Source of the DNA: Octopus bimaculoides
Lineage: Eukaryota
Direction of reading: 5' to 3'
NCBI RefSeq assembly: GCF_001194135.2
Contig: NC_068982.1
Location: 111,709,398 to 111,748,330 of the forward strand
DNA: 38,933 bases
In this document: piece after piece, positions 9,982 through 21,733 of the stretch
Numbering within the stretch: position 1 is the first letter of the stretch
Layout: every line of letters begins with the position of its first letter
Translations under genes and position numbers: made by a program
The notes under the pieces: model-generated
Databases searched by the model: none
Seen by the model: the letters and a program-made list of their open reading frames with translations, nothing else
What the model was told of the DNA's origin: nothing

Positions 9982-10989
9982 AGTCATCATACACCTTTAA
10001 CTCTGACGTCATTATTCACCACTAATATTGCTGTCATCACCTACTGTTAATATTCCTGTCATCACTATGAACACTGCTATTATCATTCACTATGAGTATT
10101 AATGTCTGCTTATTGTAATCTCTCACTGCTAACATCTTTGTGATCCGTGTTAACATTGCTGCATTCATTAATAAGACTGTTGTTATTAGTCCTGTTAACA
10201 TATCAGTCGTATCACTCAATGTCAATATTATGATCAGTACTCCTTTAACATATCTGTCATCATTCATTGTTATCATTTCTCTCAACTCTGAATATTTGCA
10301 TTTCTGCCATCATTCACCATTAACATTACTGTAATCATTCACCATTAACATAGCTGTCATCTTTCTCTGTTAACAGTGTCATCATTAAATCACTGTTAAC
10401 TTTTCTGTCATCACTTATTGTCAATATTGCTGTCATCAGTAACTGCCAACATTACTGTCATCACTCACAATTAATATTACTGACATGCATCACAATTAAC
10501 ATAGCTGTTAACAGTTTTCATAATTCACTGTTAACTGTTTGTATAACCATAGTCTTCAGTTAATATAACTACAGTCACTCAATATTAACATAGACGCTAT
10601 TACTCAATATTAAGATTGCTGTCTACATTGCTGTAATCATTAATCGTTAATACTACTCTCATCACTCATCACTCACATTACTGAAATATCCCTCCGTGTT
10701 ATAAATGCAGCCGTTACTTACCACTAACATTGTAATCATCAATCGTTCACATTTTGTGATCATTCACCTGGAAATTATTGTCTTCATTCACCGTTAATAT
10801 TGCTGTCATCACCACTTATATCACAGCCATCACTCTTTAATAACATTGCTGTCATTTTCCATTTCTCGCAGTTAACATCTCCCTTGTCACTCACCATTAA
10901 CATCTTTTTCGACACTTACTATAAACATTGCTGTTACCCTTTTGTGATATTAATATCAAATTAAGATAATTTAGTATTAATATCACAGA

Positions 10990-11205
10990 TATTAGTTTCA
11001 AATTTTGGCACAAAGCCAGCAATTTTAGAGGAGGAGGAGTAAGTTGATGTAATCGATCCCAATGTTTAATAGGTGTTTATTTTATCGACCCCGAAAAAAT
11101 GAAAGGCAAAGTCAACCTCAGTAGAATTTGAACTTGGAACGTAAAATGTCGGAAGAAATGCCGCTAAGCATTTTACACGGCGCGCTAACGATTCTGCCTG
11201 ATCAC
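10990..11205 (-). mobile_element. SINE family B
   Basis: Reverse complement of family B from the tail (TTTCAAATTTTGGCACAAAGCCAGC) to the head (GCTAACGATTCTGCC). Confidence 0.85.
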
Positions 11206-11212
11206 TGCCTTA

Positions 11213-12464
11213 TTATCAGATCATTAAACATGAAATGTCCGATTTTGAACTGAAAATTTATTTTATTTTATCTCAACAAAAAGCAATGCAATTAATCAAA
11301 GTATGCACCTAAATTATCAATACAATTTTGCAATTTTACCGGTAGCTTATTTATGCCGGCAGCGAAGAATTCTGGAGAGTAAGAGGTGATGAAATCACGA
11401 AAGGCTGTTTTTGCATCTTCAGATTTAAAGTTTTTTTTCCTTGCAAAAAGTTATCTAATGCTTGGAAAGCGTGATAGTTGGTGCAAGGTCTGGTGAATAT
11501 GGTAGATGATAGAGTACTTCCAAGTTCAGTTCTTGTAACTTGAGTAGCTTTATTTGGGCAACATGTTGCTGAGCATTGTCTTGCAAGAGAATTTGTCTGC
11601 CTCTATTGACCAATCTCGGTTGTTTAATTGCAAGTTCACTCATCATTTCATCCAAATGGTTGATGTATACATCAGCTGTAATTGATTTACCAGATCTCAT
11701 GAAGCTGTAGTGGATGACACCAGCGCTGGACCACCAAACAGACACCATTCGCTTTTTTTTTTTTGGTGAATACTCTTTTTTGGATTGTGTATTGACACTT
11801 CGTCTCTATCGAACTCTTGCTATTGTTAAAAAGAACCCATTTTTCATCACACGTAACAATACGATGCAAAAATGGTTCGCTTTCATGCTGTGACAGCAAA
11901 GAACAACAAGTTTCAAGATGATGTGTCATTTGATGCTCGTTCAGTTCCTGTGGTACCCACTTGTCCAGCTTCTTTACCTTGCTGATTTGTTTCAGATGGT
12001 CCAATACAGCTGGAATCGAAACATCAAACCTTGCTGTTAACTCACGCGTAGTTTCCAGCTCATCCTTATCCACTTTGGTCTCAGGTCTACTACAGTGCTG
12101 ACCTTTCAAGAGCAAAATCACCAGACCGGAACTTCTCAAACCATCGACGTACAGTGAGCTCATTCGCTACATCTTCCCCAAACACCTCATTGATGTTTCG
12201 AGCTGTCTGGAATGCATTGGTTCCACAATGGAACTCATATTCATAAACAACACGAATTTTTGATCTCTCCATGGGTTCACAAAAATTGATTTGCAAGAGA
12301 AAAATCACAATATAATCAGACACCATGAATTGTGTTTCGAAAAGTGATGATGTAATTCTTCAATATTGCAAAACAAAGAATTGTCAGGATAAAGCATTAG
12401 AATTAACGACTGTCAAACTTGGTGTATGAGAAAATCGGACATTTCATTCTTAATGACTTAATAA
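11213..12464 (-). mobile_element. Full-length non-autonomous mariner (cecropia/Hsmar1-like) with both TIRs and TA target duplication
   Basis: Left end TA-TTATCAGATCATTAAACATGAAATGTCCGATTTT; right end reverse complement TA-TTATTAAGTCATTAAGAATGAAATGTCCGATTTT; TA at 11211-11212 and 12465-12466. Confidence 0.92.
11292..12272 (-). pseudogene. Frameshifted mariner transposase
   Basis: MERSKIRV...RRWFEKFRSGDF, KWVPQEL, IVTCDEKW, LLQDNA, YSPDLAPT and C-terminal KLPVKLQNCIDNLGAYFD* spread over several frames. The expected third Asp of APTDY is missing, apparently through a ~4-nt deletion. Confidence 0.92.
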
Positions 12465-12470
12465 TATCAC

Positions 12471-12575
12471 ATTGGTTTCAAATTTGGTACAAGGCCTACT
12501 GTTTTGGAGAGTGGATAAATCGATTACATCGACCCCAGTACTCACGTGTACTTATCAATAAGGCTCGCCACCTTA
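12471..12575 (-). mobile_element. Internally deleted SINE family B
   Basis: Tail and ATCGATTACATCGACCCCAG block joined to the head end CTCGCCACCTT. Confidence 0.65.
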
Positions 12576-12587
12576 TCAATAGCTTAG

Positions 12588-12812
12588 ATATTGGTTTCAA
12601 ATTTCGGCATAGGCCAGCAATTTCGGGAGAAGGGATAAGTCGATTATATCGACCCAAGTACTCAACTGCTACTTATTTTATCGATCCCGAAAAGAATGTA
12701 AGGCAAAGTCAACTTCGGCAACATTTGAACTCAGAACGTAAAAAAAAGAAAGCAGACGAAATGCAACTTCTTTTTCTCTCGGCGTGCTAACGAATCTACC
12801 AGCTCGCTGCCA
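12588..12812 (-). mobile_element. SINE family B
   Basis: Complete reverse-complement copy ending GCTAACGAATCTACCAGCTCGCTGCC. Confidence 0.85.
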
Positions 12813-13169
12813 TATTGATGGCATCGATATTTAAACCACATAATTTCTATTTGGTATTAATATTTGTGATTATTCAAAGATAGAGTATCATCTGTTGAGG
12901 AAATTAATTACATCCACCGAGTTCAAATCCCATCGAGGTCGACCTTACCTTCAGTACTTTGACGGTCAATAAAATAAATATTATATAAGTACTAGGGTTA
13001 ATTAAATCAACTATATTTCCCTTCAATTTCTATTATTATCAATGTTTATCTTTAACATCATCTATGTTAAAGTCATTGTTAACATCTCTCTAGAAATGTT
13101 AACAACTGTTCTCATCGCTACAATCGATATTATGTTGTGTTATCGTCATCGGCATATGAATATAGACAT

Positions 13170-13320
13170 AGATGTGTGGTTAAGAAGTTCACTTTAGGAC
13201 CTCATGGTTTTAGGTTCGATCCCACCGCCAGGTACTTTTGCACTCTGTCGTCTTATCTTATCGGGTCCACTAATGCATTGTATGTAGAATTTGGTCGACG
13301 GAAAAGGTATGGAAACTCGT
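13170..13320 (+). mobile_element. Old diverged SINE family A-like copy
   Basis: GTGTGGTTAAGAAGTT...GGTTCGATCCCACCGC...ATTTGGTCGACGGAAA. Confidence 0.5.
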
Positions 13321-15600
13321 CACAGACACATACTCTCACCTATATACATATATACGCTCGCACATACACACCAACACATACGTACGCACATATACATATA
13401 AATTCACATGCATAGATGCAAACATGTGTAAGTATATCAGTGTGTATGTAGTTGTGTTTAAATGTGTGTGTGTATATATATGTGAGCCTACATCTGTGTG
13501 TCAGTGTTTAAATTAGCATGGCCAAAAAAAAAAAAAAAGAACCAGTGCATTCGAATGCAATATTCAGGCCACACTAACTGATCTCCTCTTACACTAATGT
13601 TCACTTTACATTTCGGATTTCATTAGATCGATAAATTAATTTCTATTCAAATACTGGAGTCGATATAATTAAATAAAATAATTGACTGCGGTGCCCCAGC
13701 ATGGTCGCATTTCATTAAGTGAAACTAATAAAAAAAAAAAGGAAAATTATCAGTAACCTCTATCGATTGATACAATGACTTCTTTTGATCAGAAGCGAAG
13801 CCAAATTTTGACGAGGAATCATACTATTGTTTGAGTGAGTCCCTATTATAACACTGGTACAATATGATACAAGGCAAACAAACAACCCCATGGAATTTTT
13901 TTCTGAGTTAAAAGACTAATTTCTGTCAAATGAACCATCCTTTCAAATAGTCGTTTTTATATTCATTTATATAGTGTTGTATATATGTGTGTTTATGTGT
14001 CTATTAGCGTGTTGTTTGTGTGATGTGTACATACGTGAGTGTACTTATGCCATGTGTGTTTGTATGTGCGTGTATTTGTGCGCGTATGCGTCTACGTTTA
14101 TGTATATGTGTGCATTGAAGTGGTATTTAGTAATAAAACACTAAGGTGAGCTCTTGAGATTTGAAGACACGTTAACCTCTGGTGCAGTGGCAATAATAAT
14201 TAAAGATACATTGCAAGATAATGCAGTATAGAACTTAAATTAACTATGGTTATATAGAGTACACACACGCACATACACACATACCCACACGCATATAATT
14301 AACAATGTTATCATATAGAAGTTCATAGGTTATATATCTGTCACAGTGTTGCAAAAGCAGAGAACCTATTAAATAGACTGCAAAGTAAATCATGGGAATA
14401 CACATACAGAAGCACATTGTAGATGTGTAGCATTGTTCTGTTTATAACAATGTTAACACATTTAGACATTCAGATGTTGCAAACCTGTTATATGTCAACT
14501 AAAAATAATAAGAAAATGGAGTGTCTGCGTTGCCAGGCTACTTGAAATTGCATTAAAATTTTCTTCAAAGTACAGGCTAATGTCTAAAAAAGAGAGGGAC
14601 ACATTAAACCATGTAGTGTTAGATATTAAAAAAGCCTGATTGGCAGAAAACCTTTAGTCTTAGGTCTACTCAACCAGTGGAGTTTAAACTATTGCAAAAG
14701 TAGAATATAGCAACTGAGAGTAGTACAAGACAGTGATGACTGTGTCATGTTAGAAATCACCAGCTTTCAGACTATTATTAATTATAATTCTAGTTATAAC
14801 GCAGAAATATATTCTAGTTATGAGCATATTGATGAATGTAGTCTGGACATATGTACTTACAATACTTGAAATGTCTCTAACTATGGAACCTCTATAAATA
14901 CATATCGCACGGTTATTGATTCTATCGATTCATTCCTGATTTCCGTTAAATGTTTTGTCTCCGGTCAAGGTTAAAGGAGAAAACTTGCATCAAACGTGAG
15001 AAAACTTCAAAGATTTAATGATACAACGACTGCCCACTACACCATATATATAATATCTGATATCCTTGACATATTTGTATAACAAAACATTCAGTTATAA
15101 CATTGCTGCTATCGTTATATCAAAACTAAATAGAAACAAATTCAGAAATGGATAGTAATAACAACGATTATTACAAATATCCAGAGCTTCGTAGCACCAT
15201 AATACAATAAGTAAATGTTATTATTGTTGTAATGGATTTATGAGGCTACAATGTCAATGATTTGAGTATTCCTATCTTCTCTTTTTCACCTATATCTTTA
15301 TTAAATGTTTAATATATGATTAACACCGCAGAACCATTAATTTTGAGGATCCTAGAGGAATGAAAGGAAAAGTTAACTTAGTCAGGATTTGAATGCAGAA
15401 CGTAAAGGACAAGAATAAATACCGCAAGGCATTTTTTCAACTATTATAAAAATTCTTCCAAATTAATCGCTTCTAATAATAAAAATCATTGTTACTAAAT
15501 TTTAGGCGACAGTGCTTGGCGAGTAATTCTGTCGACATGGGGAAGACTAAAAATAAATTCAACAATAGCGGGATTTGAAACCAGAACATAAAAGAATATA

Positions 15601-15785
15601 GAGTGGCTGTGTGGTAAGTAGCTTGCCTACCAACCACATGGTTCTGGGTTCAGTCCCACTACGTGGCACCTTGGGCAAGTGTCTTCTACTATAGCCTCGA
15701 GCCGACCAAAGCCTTGTGAGTGGATTTGGTAGACGGAAACTGAAAGAAGCCCGTCGTATATATATATATATATATATATATATAT
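15601..15785 (+). mobile_element. SINE family A, 5' half running into a gap
   Basis: Near-identical to 8686-8860. Confidence 0.9.
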
Positions 15786-16264
15786 NNNNNNNNNNNNNNN
15801 NNNNNNNNNNNNNNNNNNNNNNNNNNNNNNNNNNNNNNNNNNNNNNNNNNNNNNNNNNNNNNNNNNNNNNNNNNNNNNNNNNNNNNNNNNNNNNNNNNNN
15901 NNNNNNNNNNNNNNNNNNNNNNNNNNNNNNNNNNNNNNNNNNNNNNNNNNNNNNNNNNNNNNNNNNNNNNNNNNNNNNNNNNNNNNNNNNNNNNNNNNNN
16001 NNNNNNNNNNNNNNNNNNNNNNNNNNNNNNNNNNNNNNNNNNNNNNNNNNNNNNNNNNNNNNNNNNNNNNNNNNNNNNNNNNNNNNNNNNNNNNNNNNNN
16101 NNNNNNNNNNNNNNNNNNNNNNNNNNNNNNNNNNNNNNNNNNNNNNNNNNNNNNNNNNNNNNNNNNNNNNNNNNNNNNNNNNNNNNNNNNNNNNNNNNNN
16201 NNNNNNNNNNNNNNNNNNNNNNNNNNNNNNNNNNNNNNNNNNNNNNNNNNNNNNNNNNNNNNNN
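15786..16264. other. Assembly gap within (AT)n
   Basis: N run. Confidence 1.
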
Positions 16265-16441
16265 ATATATATATATATATATATATACATATGTATGTAT
16301 GTGATGTGATATGATGTGCGTGTGTGTTCACTTCTGTTTTTAATTATTTGAATTCTTGTTCTGAGGAAGGAGCTGGTTTCTAACAAAGATATAACAAAGA
16401 TATAATATTCTGTCGTTGGAATGTAGATAACAAAAACAATG

Positions 16442-16950
16442 CTACATGATGAAGATGAGAAAGTCTTATATGTCTTTACTTACATACTGAATTTCTAACG
16501 AGCGTTTTAACTGGTTAATTTCTTTTTCTGAAAACTCTAGTTTTTCCAGTGTCACGTAGTCATTTACACACAAAACAAAGCGCAACAACTGCTATTTATT
16601 AAATGTGAATTTACGATCTGGGTGTAGCAACTGAATGCTTCGAAGCCGTTGTCTGTAGTTATCCTCTTGCACTTTGATTTCCGAAGTGATATTCGCATCA
16701 GTAAGTCAGCTGACCCATAGGATGGTACATACGTTTCTTGTCCGCCCCAAAGAGCTATATCCAACCTGTTATATTTGCAATTGGTAGACGTTTTGATGGG
16801 AATCTTCTACCAATATTCCTTGTGTGGATGTTTATGCATGTATTCAGTAACAGTAGGATTCTCTATATTTATCATAGGGCAGTCTTTCTTTTCAGATGGT
16901 ATTGTATATGTTTTAGCGACGACATCGTGTCGTATTGGCATGTTCACGTA
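16442..16950 (-). mobile_element. 3' fragment of an R4/Dong-type non-LTR retrotransposon (restriction-like endonuclease domain), decayed
   Basis: Minus strand reads MPIRHDVVAK...KEYW*KIPIKTSTNCKYNRLDIALW, matching the RHD and (K/R)PDI motifs of RLE LINEs, then LEKLEFSEKEINQLKRSL. Clade assignment is from memory. Confidence 0.75.
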
Positions 16951-17058
16951 CGTATATACGTACGTACGCATGTATGTTTGCATGTATGTATGTATGTATG
17001 TATGTATGTATGTATGTATGTATGTTTTGATATAGATAGATAGATAGATAGATAGATC
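16950..17058. repeat. (TACG)/(TATG)n/(TAGA)n compound microsatellite
   Basis: Directly visible. Confidence 0.95.
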
Positions 17059-17516
17059 TATATACATATAATACGCTATACAAGAATTGTAAAATTTATC
17101 AACTGTATATTTTACATAATGCAAACACACACACATATAAAAAGTGGAATAGAAATACAATACATTAAGTTAAAATGTTAAAACAGTATGTAAAATATAC
17201 ATAAGTGCAAACTGCCCACATAGGGCGAGAAGTAACCAGCTAAGTTGGTCCAAAGCACTTCGCGACTCTGAACGCCTTCCATTGCGATCACGTTCTTCAA
17301 ATTGGTTCCACCGATTTTCGAACTTTTCTGATCTAAATGGATCGATGAGCATATCATTGATTGGTTGGCAGTATTAAATTGGTGGATAGCGACAGATTCT
17401 ACAGAAATTTACTTCTTACTTGAGGGCTTTATCTCTTCAGAAAAATAGCAATCGTTCTGGCTTTCCATGATAAATCTTAGTCAAGTCAATTCAAACAGAA
17501 TATCAGTTCTACTTCG

Positions 17517-17731
17517 ACGGCAAGCTAGCAGAATCGTTAGCATGCTGGGCAAAATGCTCAGCGGCATTTTGTCTGTGTTTACGTTCCGTGTTCAAATTCA
17601 GCTGAGGTCGACTTTCCCCTTTATCCTTTCGGGCTTGATAAAATGAATACCGGTCAAGTACTGGGGTAGATGTAAACGATTTCCTCCCTCCCCTGAACCT
17701 GCTGGCCTTGTGCAAAATTTGAAATCAATAG
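17517..17731 (+). mobile_element. SINE family B
   Basis: GCTAGCAGAATCGTTAGC...GTTCAAATTC...CTGGCCTTGTGCAAAATTTGAAATCAATA. Confidence 0.85.
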
Positions 17732-18174
17732 TAATTCCACTAAACTGCTATCCCTATTCCGCAAATTAGCTGAATGCTGCTGTACCTTCTCTGATAAATA
17801 TTAATTTTAGTTAGTATGCCAGTTTTTTTTTAGGTAGCTGTCGGATCACGTTCTGCAAAATGTTCTTGGAAATTTCCCATGAGAATTTTCAGCCTTAGGC
17901 AAACCTTGAAGAATCCTACTTCTTCAAGGCTGGTATATAGAACCAAATTCGATATTTGAAAACCAGAGCATGTCATTATCTTCCTTGCTCGTTGTTGTAT
18001 AAATTACTCTGGCAAGGAAGGCATTCTCTTTTGTGACATACTACTTCTATGCTTTTCTTTCCCCTTTAGTTGACTTAGTATTTATTGTTGATTTATTGTT
18101 TATATTGTAAGAAAAAGGTATTTGAAATTGCTCCTCCCCCTATATTCTAATCAACTGTAATAAAATCTCACTAT

Positions 18175-18480
18175 GGACGTAGGAATGGTCAAGTGGTCAA
18201 CAAGATAGTTTAGCAATCGTAAAGTCCAGGATAGGATCCCACTGCATGACATTTTTGGTAAGTAGCTTCGGGTCGATGCAAATTTCATGCATGAAATTGG
18301 GTAGGTCAAAATAGCGTAATTCCATCAGATACATTGTAGGCCCAGCTTTGTCACTCATTGTGTTGCGCTAAATCAGCCTGAAAGTGACATTAAGGGAACT
18401 CATGTACACCGGATACTGTGGAATAGTTTAGTTGATCGAAAAACCGAATGCTCATCGTTGAAAACGACGGAATAATCCAT
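18175..18480 (+). mobile_element. Highly diverged SINE pieces (A-like head, C-like body)
   Basis: GGATCCCACTGCATGACATTTTTGG resembles family A; GGCCCAGCTTTGTCACTCATTGTGTTGCGCTAAATC resembles 5087-5125. Confidence 0.4.
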
Positions 18481-18914
18481 AATTTGATCGCTGAAATAAC
18501 CATCTGTAATGGTTATGAGGTCTATCACTTATCCAGACTAAGACATAAAAAACAAAAATGACCAATATTTCACCATGACAGTAAAATCCCAATTTTGGTT
18601 TAAAAAAACAAAGCAAATTTTCTTGTTACTCTATTTTGTTAATTTTAAAGACGAATTGAATAAATTTTAATGTTTGTTGCAAAATGCAGCTTCGAATTTT
18701 AAGATATATGACATACTCCTTGCTTCATATTTAAAAAGAAAAGTCTGAAGAAAATATCTGATCATTAAATAAACATTAAGCAACATTTTTGCTACACATT
18801 ATTGTATGTCATTTGACATTAAGTAAGCTGCAGAAACAATTGTCATGTGAAACATGAAAAAAGATTAAATTGTTCAGTTTAAAACGTTGTCAATTTTTAC
18901 ATCTTACAGTATTA

Positions 18915-18929
18915 GTTACCATGGGCAAC
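18915..18929. promoter_or_regulatory. RFX X-box-like motif GTTACC-ATG-GGCAAC
   Basis: Matches the GTNRCC-N(0-3)-RGYAAC consensus; function untested. Confidence 0.3.
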
Positions 18930-19134
18930 TAACAATGAAAGATGCAGCATTCCTTCGGCTTTAATGTCAACTCTTATGTAATTTTTGAAACAACAAGTTT
19001 ATTGTAAGATTATATAAGTAATTTCAATGAATAATTTATAAAGAAATTGGTCTTGAAATCTGAAGAGTGTAAAGTTTTCCAATATCACTATTAAGCTATA
19101 GTGTGACAACCATCGGGATTCCAAAGGCTTTTAT

Positions 19135-19490
19135 TGTTGTTGCTGTTTAACCCCTGAATAACCGTGATCGAAGAGGCCTACGATCAAAGGAATTACCCCC
19201 AAGATCCATCTTTTTTTTCTTTCAGGGTTATGTACAATGATGTGTCCCCTTTTTATTATTTAAAGCGGTATCATGGAAGCCACACTATATGCAATCGTTT
19301 GACCTGTTAGAAATAGGAATGAAATCTCCCTCAAATCGCAGCATCTTAAAATAAAGAAGGAAAATTAGATAATTTAGTTCCGAAATCAAGCATATAAAAT
19401 GTGAATGAAGGATAATCACAACTAGAAAGTCTTTGAACATGAGTATGTATGCTTGATCAATGCTGACCTACGGTCAAACAAAACAACACC
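19135..19490. repeat. Two opposed diverged copies of an interspersed repeat (family E; related pieces near 20875-21085, 21315-21430, 32690-32830)
   Basis: GTTGTTGCTGTTTAACCCC...GATCAAAGG on the left and a loosely reverse-complementary CTTTGAAC...GCTGACCTACGGTCAAACAAAACAAC on the right. Confidence 0.45.
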
Positions 19491-19948
19491 CAAGGAACGA
19501 GGAACGTTATACATTAGTCATTAGAATTCTGTCAAAATTTGAACTTGATCATCGATACGGCCTTTCACTTTATATTTGATCTAGAATGTGGTGTGTTGAA
19601 TTCTGTTATTTTCGTGCTTATTTGATGTAGCACTTTATAAAACATGAAAACTAAGCCTTTGGATCCCCTTGTGCCACATTGTGAATAGTAATGTCAATAA
19701 ATTACGATCCTGGAAATTAAAACATCATTTAGGATTCATAGATTAAAACAAGTTATTTCATACTTATACATGAACTCCCCCCCCTCTAAAACCAAAAATA
19801 CAAAAGCAAAAACAGAATGGCTAAGCGAATGAATTGACCTGTTACTTAAGTGTCTTACTGAAAATATGAACGGCAATTAAAGAAATGAAACTGGAGAAGT
19901 AAGATGTTAACTGGAATACTGATGAGATCCACAATGATGGAACACATA

Positions 19949-20162
19949 CAGAGGTTGGACAAAATGATGGAAACACCTAGTATCACAGTATCATAATTTT
20001 GAAATTTCTATAAAAACCGTCAAAAGCTGGTTTATTTTTATGTTTTTTGATTTATTATTAATGTTGCTTAATATGTTTTGCTAAAATTGCTGTTTCGTTT
20101 CAGGTATCATCAGAAAAAGGAAAACAATATGGCCTCTACATATAGAGATGGTGTTGAAAAAG
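19949..20162 (+). mobile_element. 5' end of a Tc1-like DNA transposon
   Basis: TA-CAGAGGTTGGACAAAATGATGGAAACACC resembles Tc1-type TIRs; a strong acceptor-like TTTCGTTTCAG precedes an ATG at 20129. Confidence 0.45.
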
Positions 20163-20345
20163 GAATGTTATTAAAAGTAGATTTAGATTTCTTTCCAGAA
20201 AATCTCGGTCGGTAAATCAAACAAGCCATGGAATCAGGGTACGGAGAATTTTGGAAGGAAGGCCTCATTGTTGACGGTTGTGAAGTGCTATTTTGCAATG
20301 ATCCAGGTTAAGTTTATGAGGGGGAAACCATTTTCACAAAACTTA
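20163..20345 (+). pseudogene. C-terminal remnant of a Chapaev-like (CMC superfamily) transposase
   Basis: MLLKV-DLDFFPENLG...QAMESGYGEFWKEGLIVDGC resembles the recalled MSLKxHxLHSHLDFFPENLG...MExRYQGxW...DYCW motif. Confidence 0.55.
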
Positions 20346-21228
20346 AAAACTCGCATAATGTATTGCTTTCAATTACATGTGTATCTAACTGAATCGCCTG
20401 TATTAAATTGCGGTTAAAATAAAGAATATATGAATTAATTACGTGTATACTGTGTGTTTCAGTTTAAAGTATTAATATAATTGTGAAAGCTAAAACCTTT
20501 AGTTTCAAAAACTAGGCATATTAAAGCAATAACTATAAACATTTGGAATCAATGTCCAAAACACATTTGACAAAAGATTTATTTTATCTTCCAAGAAAAA
20601 ATGTAAGGTTTACTTTGTTGCCCAAAGTAATGAGTTGATTTTAGACCTTTCAACCTTTTCTGCATTTAGATATAAATATAAGGAAATTTGTTTTTAAATT
20701 TTCTTCAATGTATAAGGAATCAGCCAGAATTAACGGCTTAATTGTGGGCTAGAATGACTGAATTAGATTTAAAAAACTAAATGCTAAGTGCATATAGTTG
20801 GGTGTTTGTGAATATTGTGTCAGTTTGTATTATTATTATTATTATTATATCTTTTCTAGTAACTAAATGTCTTTAAGACACTGCGAGAATTCTTCATTGT
20901 CACTCAGCCTGCTAGAAACAGCAACCAAATCTCCTTTAAAACAATGCCCACCTCCATCTTGAACAAAAGGACATGCAGGTTAATGTAGTTCTGGAAAACC
21001 CTGAAAAAAGGCAAGATAGTTATGTCTGGAAAGCTTTTATTTATAGGCTTGCTTAATCAAGGTTAACCCGAAGGAAATCAGTAATATCAGCTAAACGTCT
21101 TCTCTGAAAACAGTGAAAGATTGTATAAATGCGTAAGGATGTCTGTATAACCAGTTTTTAGTACATGCGCTATTATGTTGACTTAAGTCTAGGCTCTATA
21201 TAAGCAAATTCTCAAATTTCCTTTATTT

Positions 21229-21229
<1 letters not shown>

Positions 21230-21288
<59 letters not shown>
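21230..21288. repeat. (GT)n microsatellite
   Basis: Directly visible. Confidence 0.95.
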
Positions 21289-21290
<2 letters not shown>

Positions 21291-21653
21291 AGATTTGAGT
21301 CTGAATTCAAAAGTATAGTTGTTGTTTAGCTCTAGATTAAGCAAGCAGACGTATATTCAGAAACATTGTAACCACGGTCATCTTACCTTCATGTAAATCT
21401 ATCCAAGGTCACATTATTTAGAGAGTATTCCTTTGATGAGGTTACATTGTTGAATGTGTCAGTCCTTTATCAAAAAAGGGCTGACACATTATAAATTATA
21501 GACTCAGGCTCAACTCGAAACACCCAAAAAAGAAAAACGGAGTCGCTGGAGGCAAAATGAGGAACGGATTTATCAAGAGATCAAGAATTATGCCCCTTGG
21601 TTCCAAAGTATCTAAGATGTAAGGCAACGAGAGTTTTTGGAGAAGATATGAGC

Positions 21654-21654
<1 letters not shown>

Positions 21655-21733
<79 letters not shown>

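Larger units (their letters stand above)
7870..10942. repeat. Degenerate minisatellite, unit ~21-27 nt, consensus near ACTGTTAACATTGCTGTCATC, interrupted by four SINEs
   Basis: Dozens of GTTAAC/GTTAAT cores followed by ATTGCTGTCATCAC-like sequence. Confidence 0.85.

Noticed and set aside
7870-10942. CRISPR-like repeat-spacer array
   Set aside because: Units are degenerate and contiguous without unique spacers, there are no cas genes, and the context is eukaryotic.
17201-17398. 198-nt minus-strand exon candidate with weak DUF4806-like GGTNLKNV, plus three ATTGG boxes
   Set aside because: Weak polypyrimidine tract and donor, similarity too slight; left unresolved.
17904-17929. Perfect 10-bp hairpin CCTTGAAGAA/TTCTTCAAGG
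   Set aside because: Too short for a pre-miRNA, and a bacterial terminator is irrelevant in this eukaryotic context; compatible with chance.
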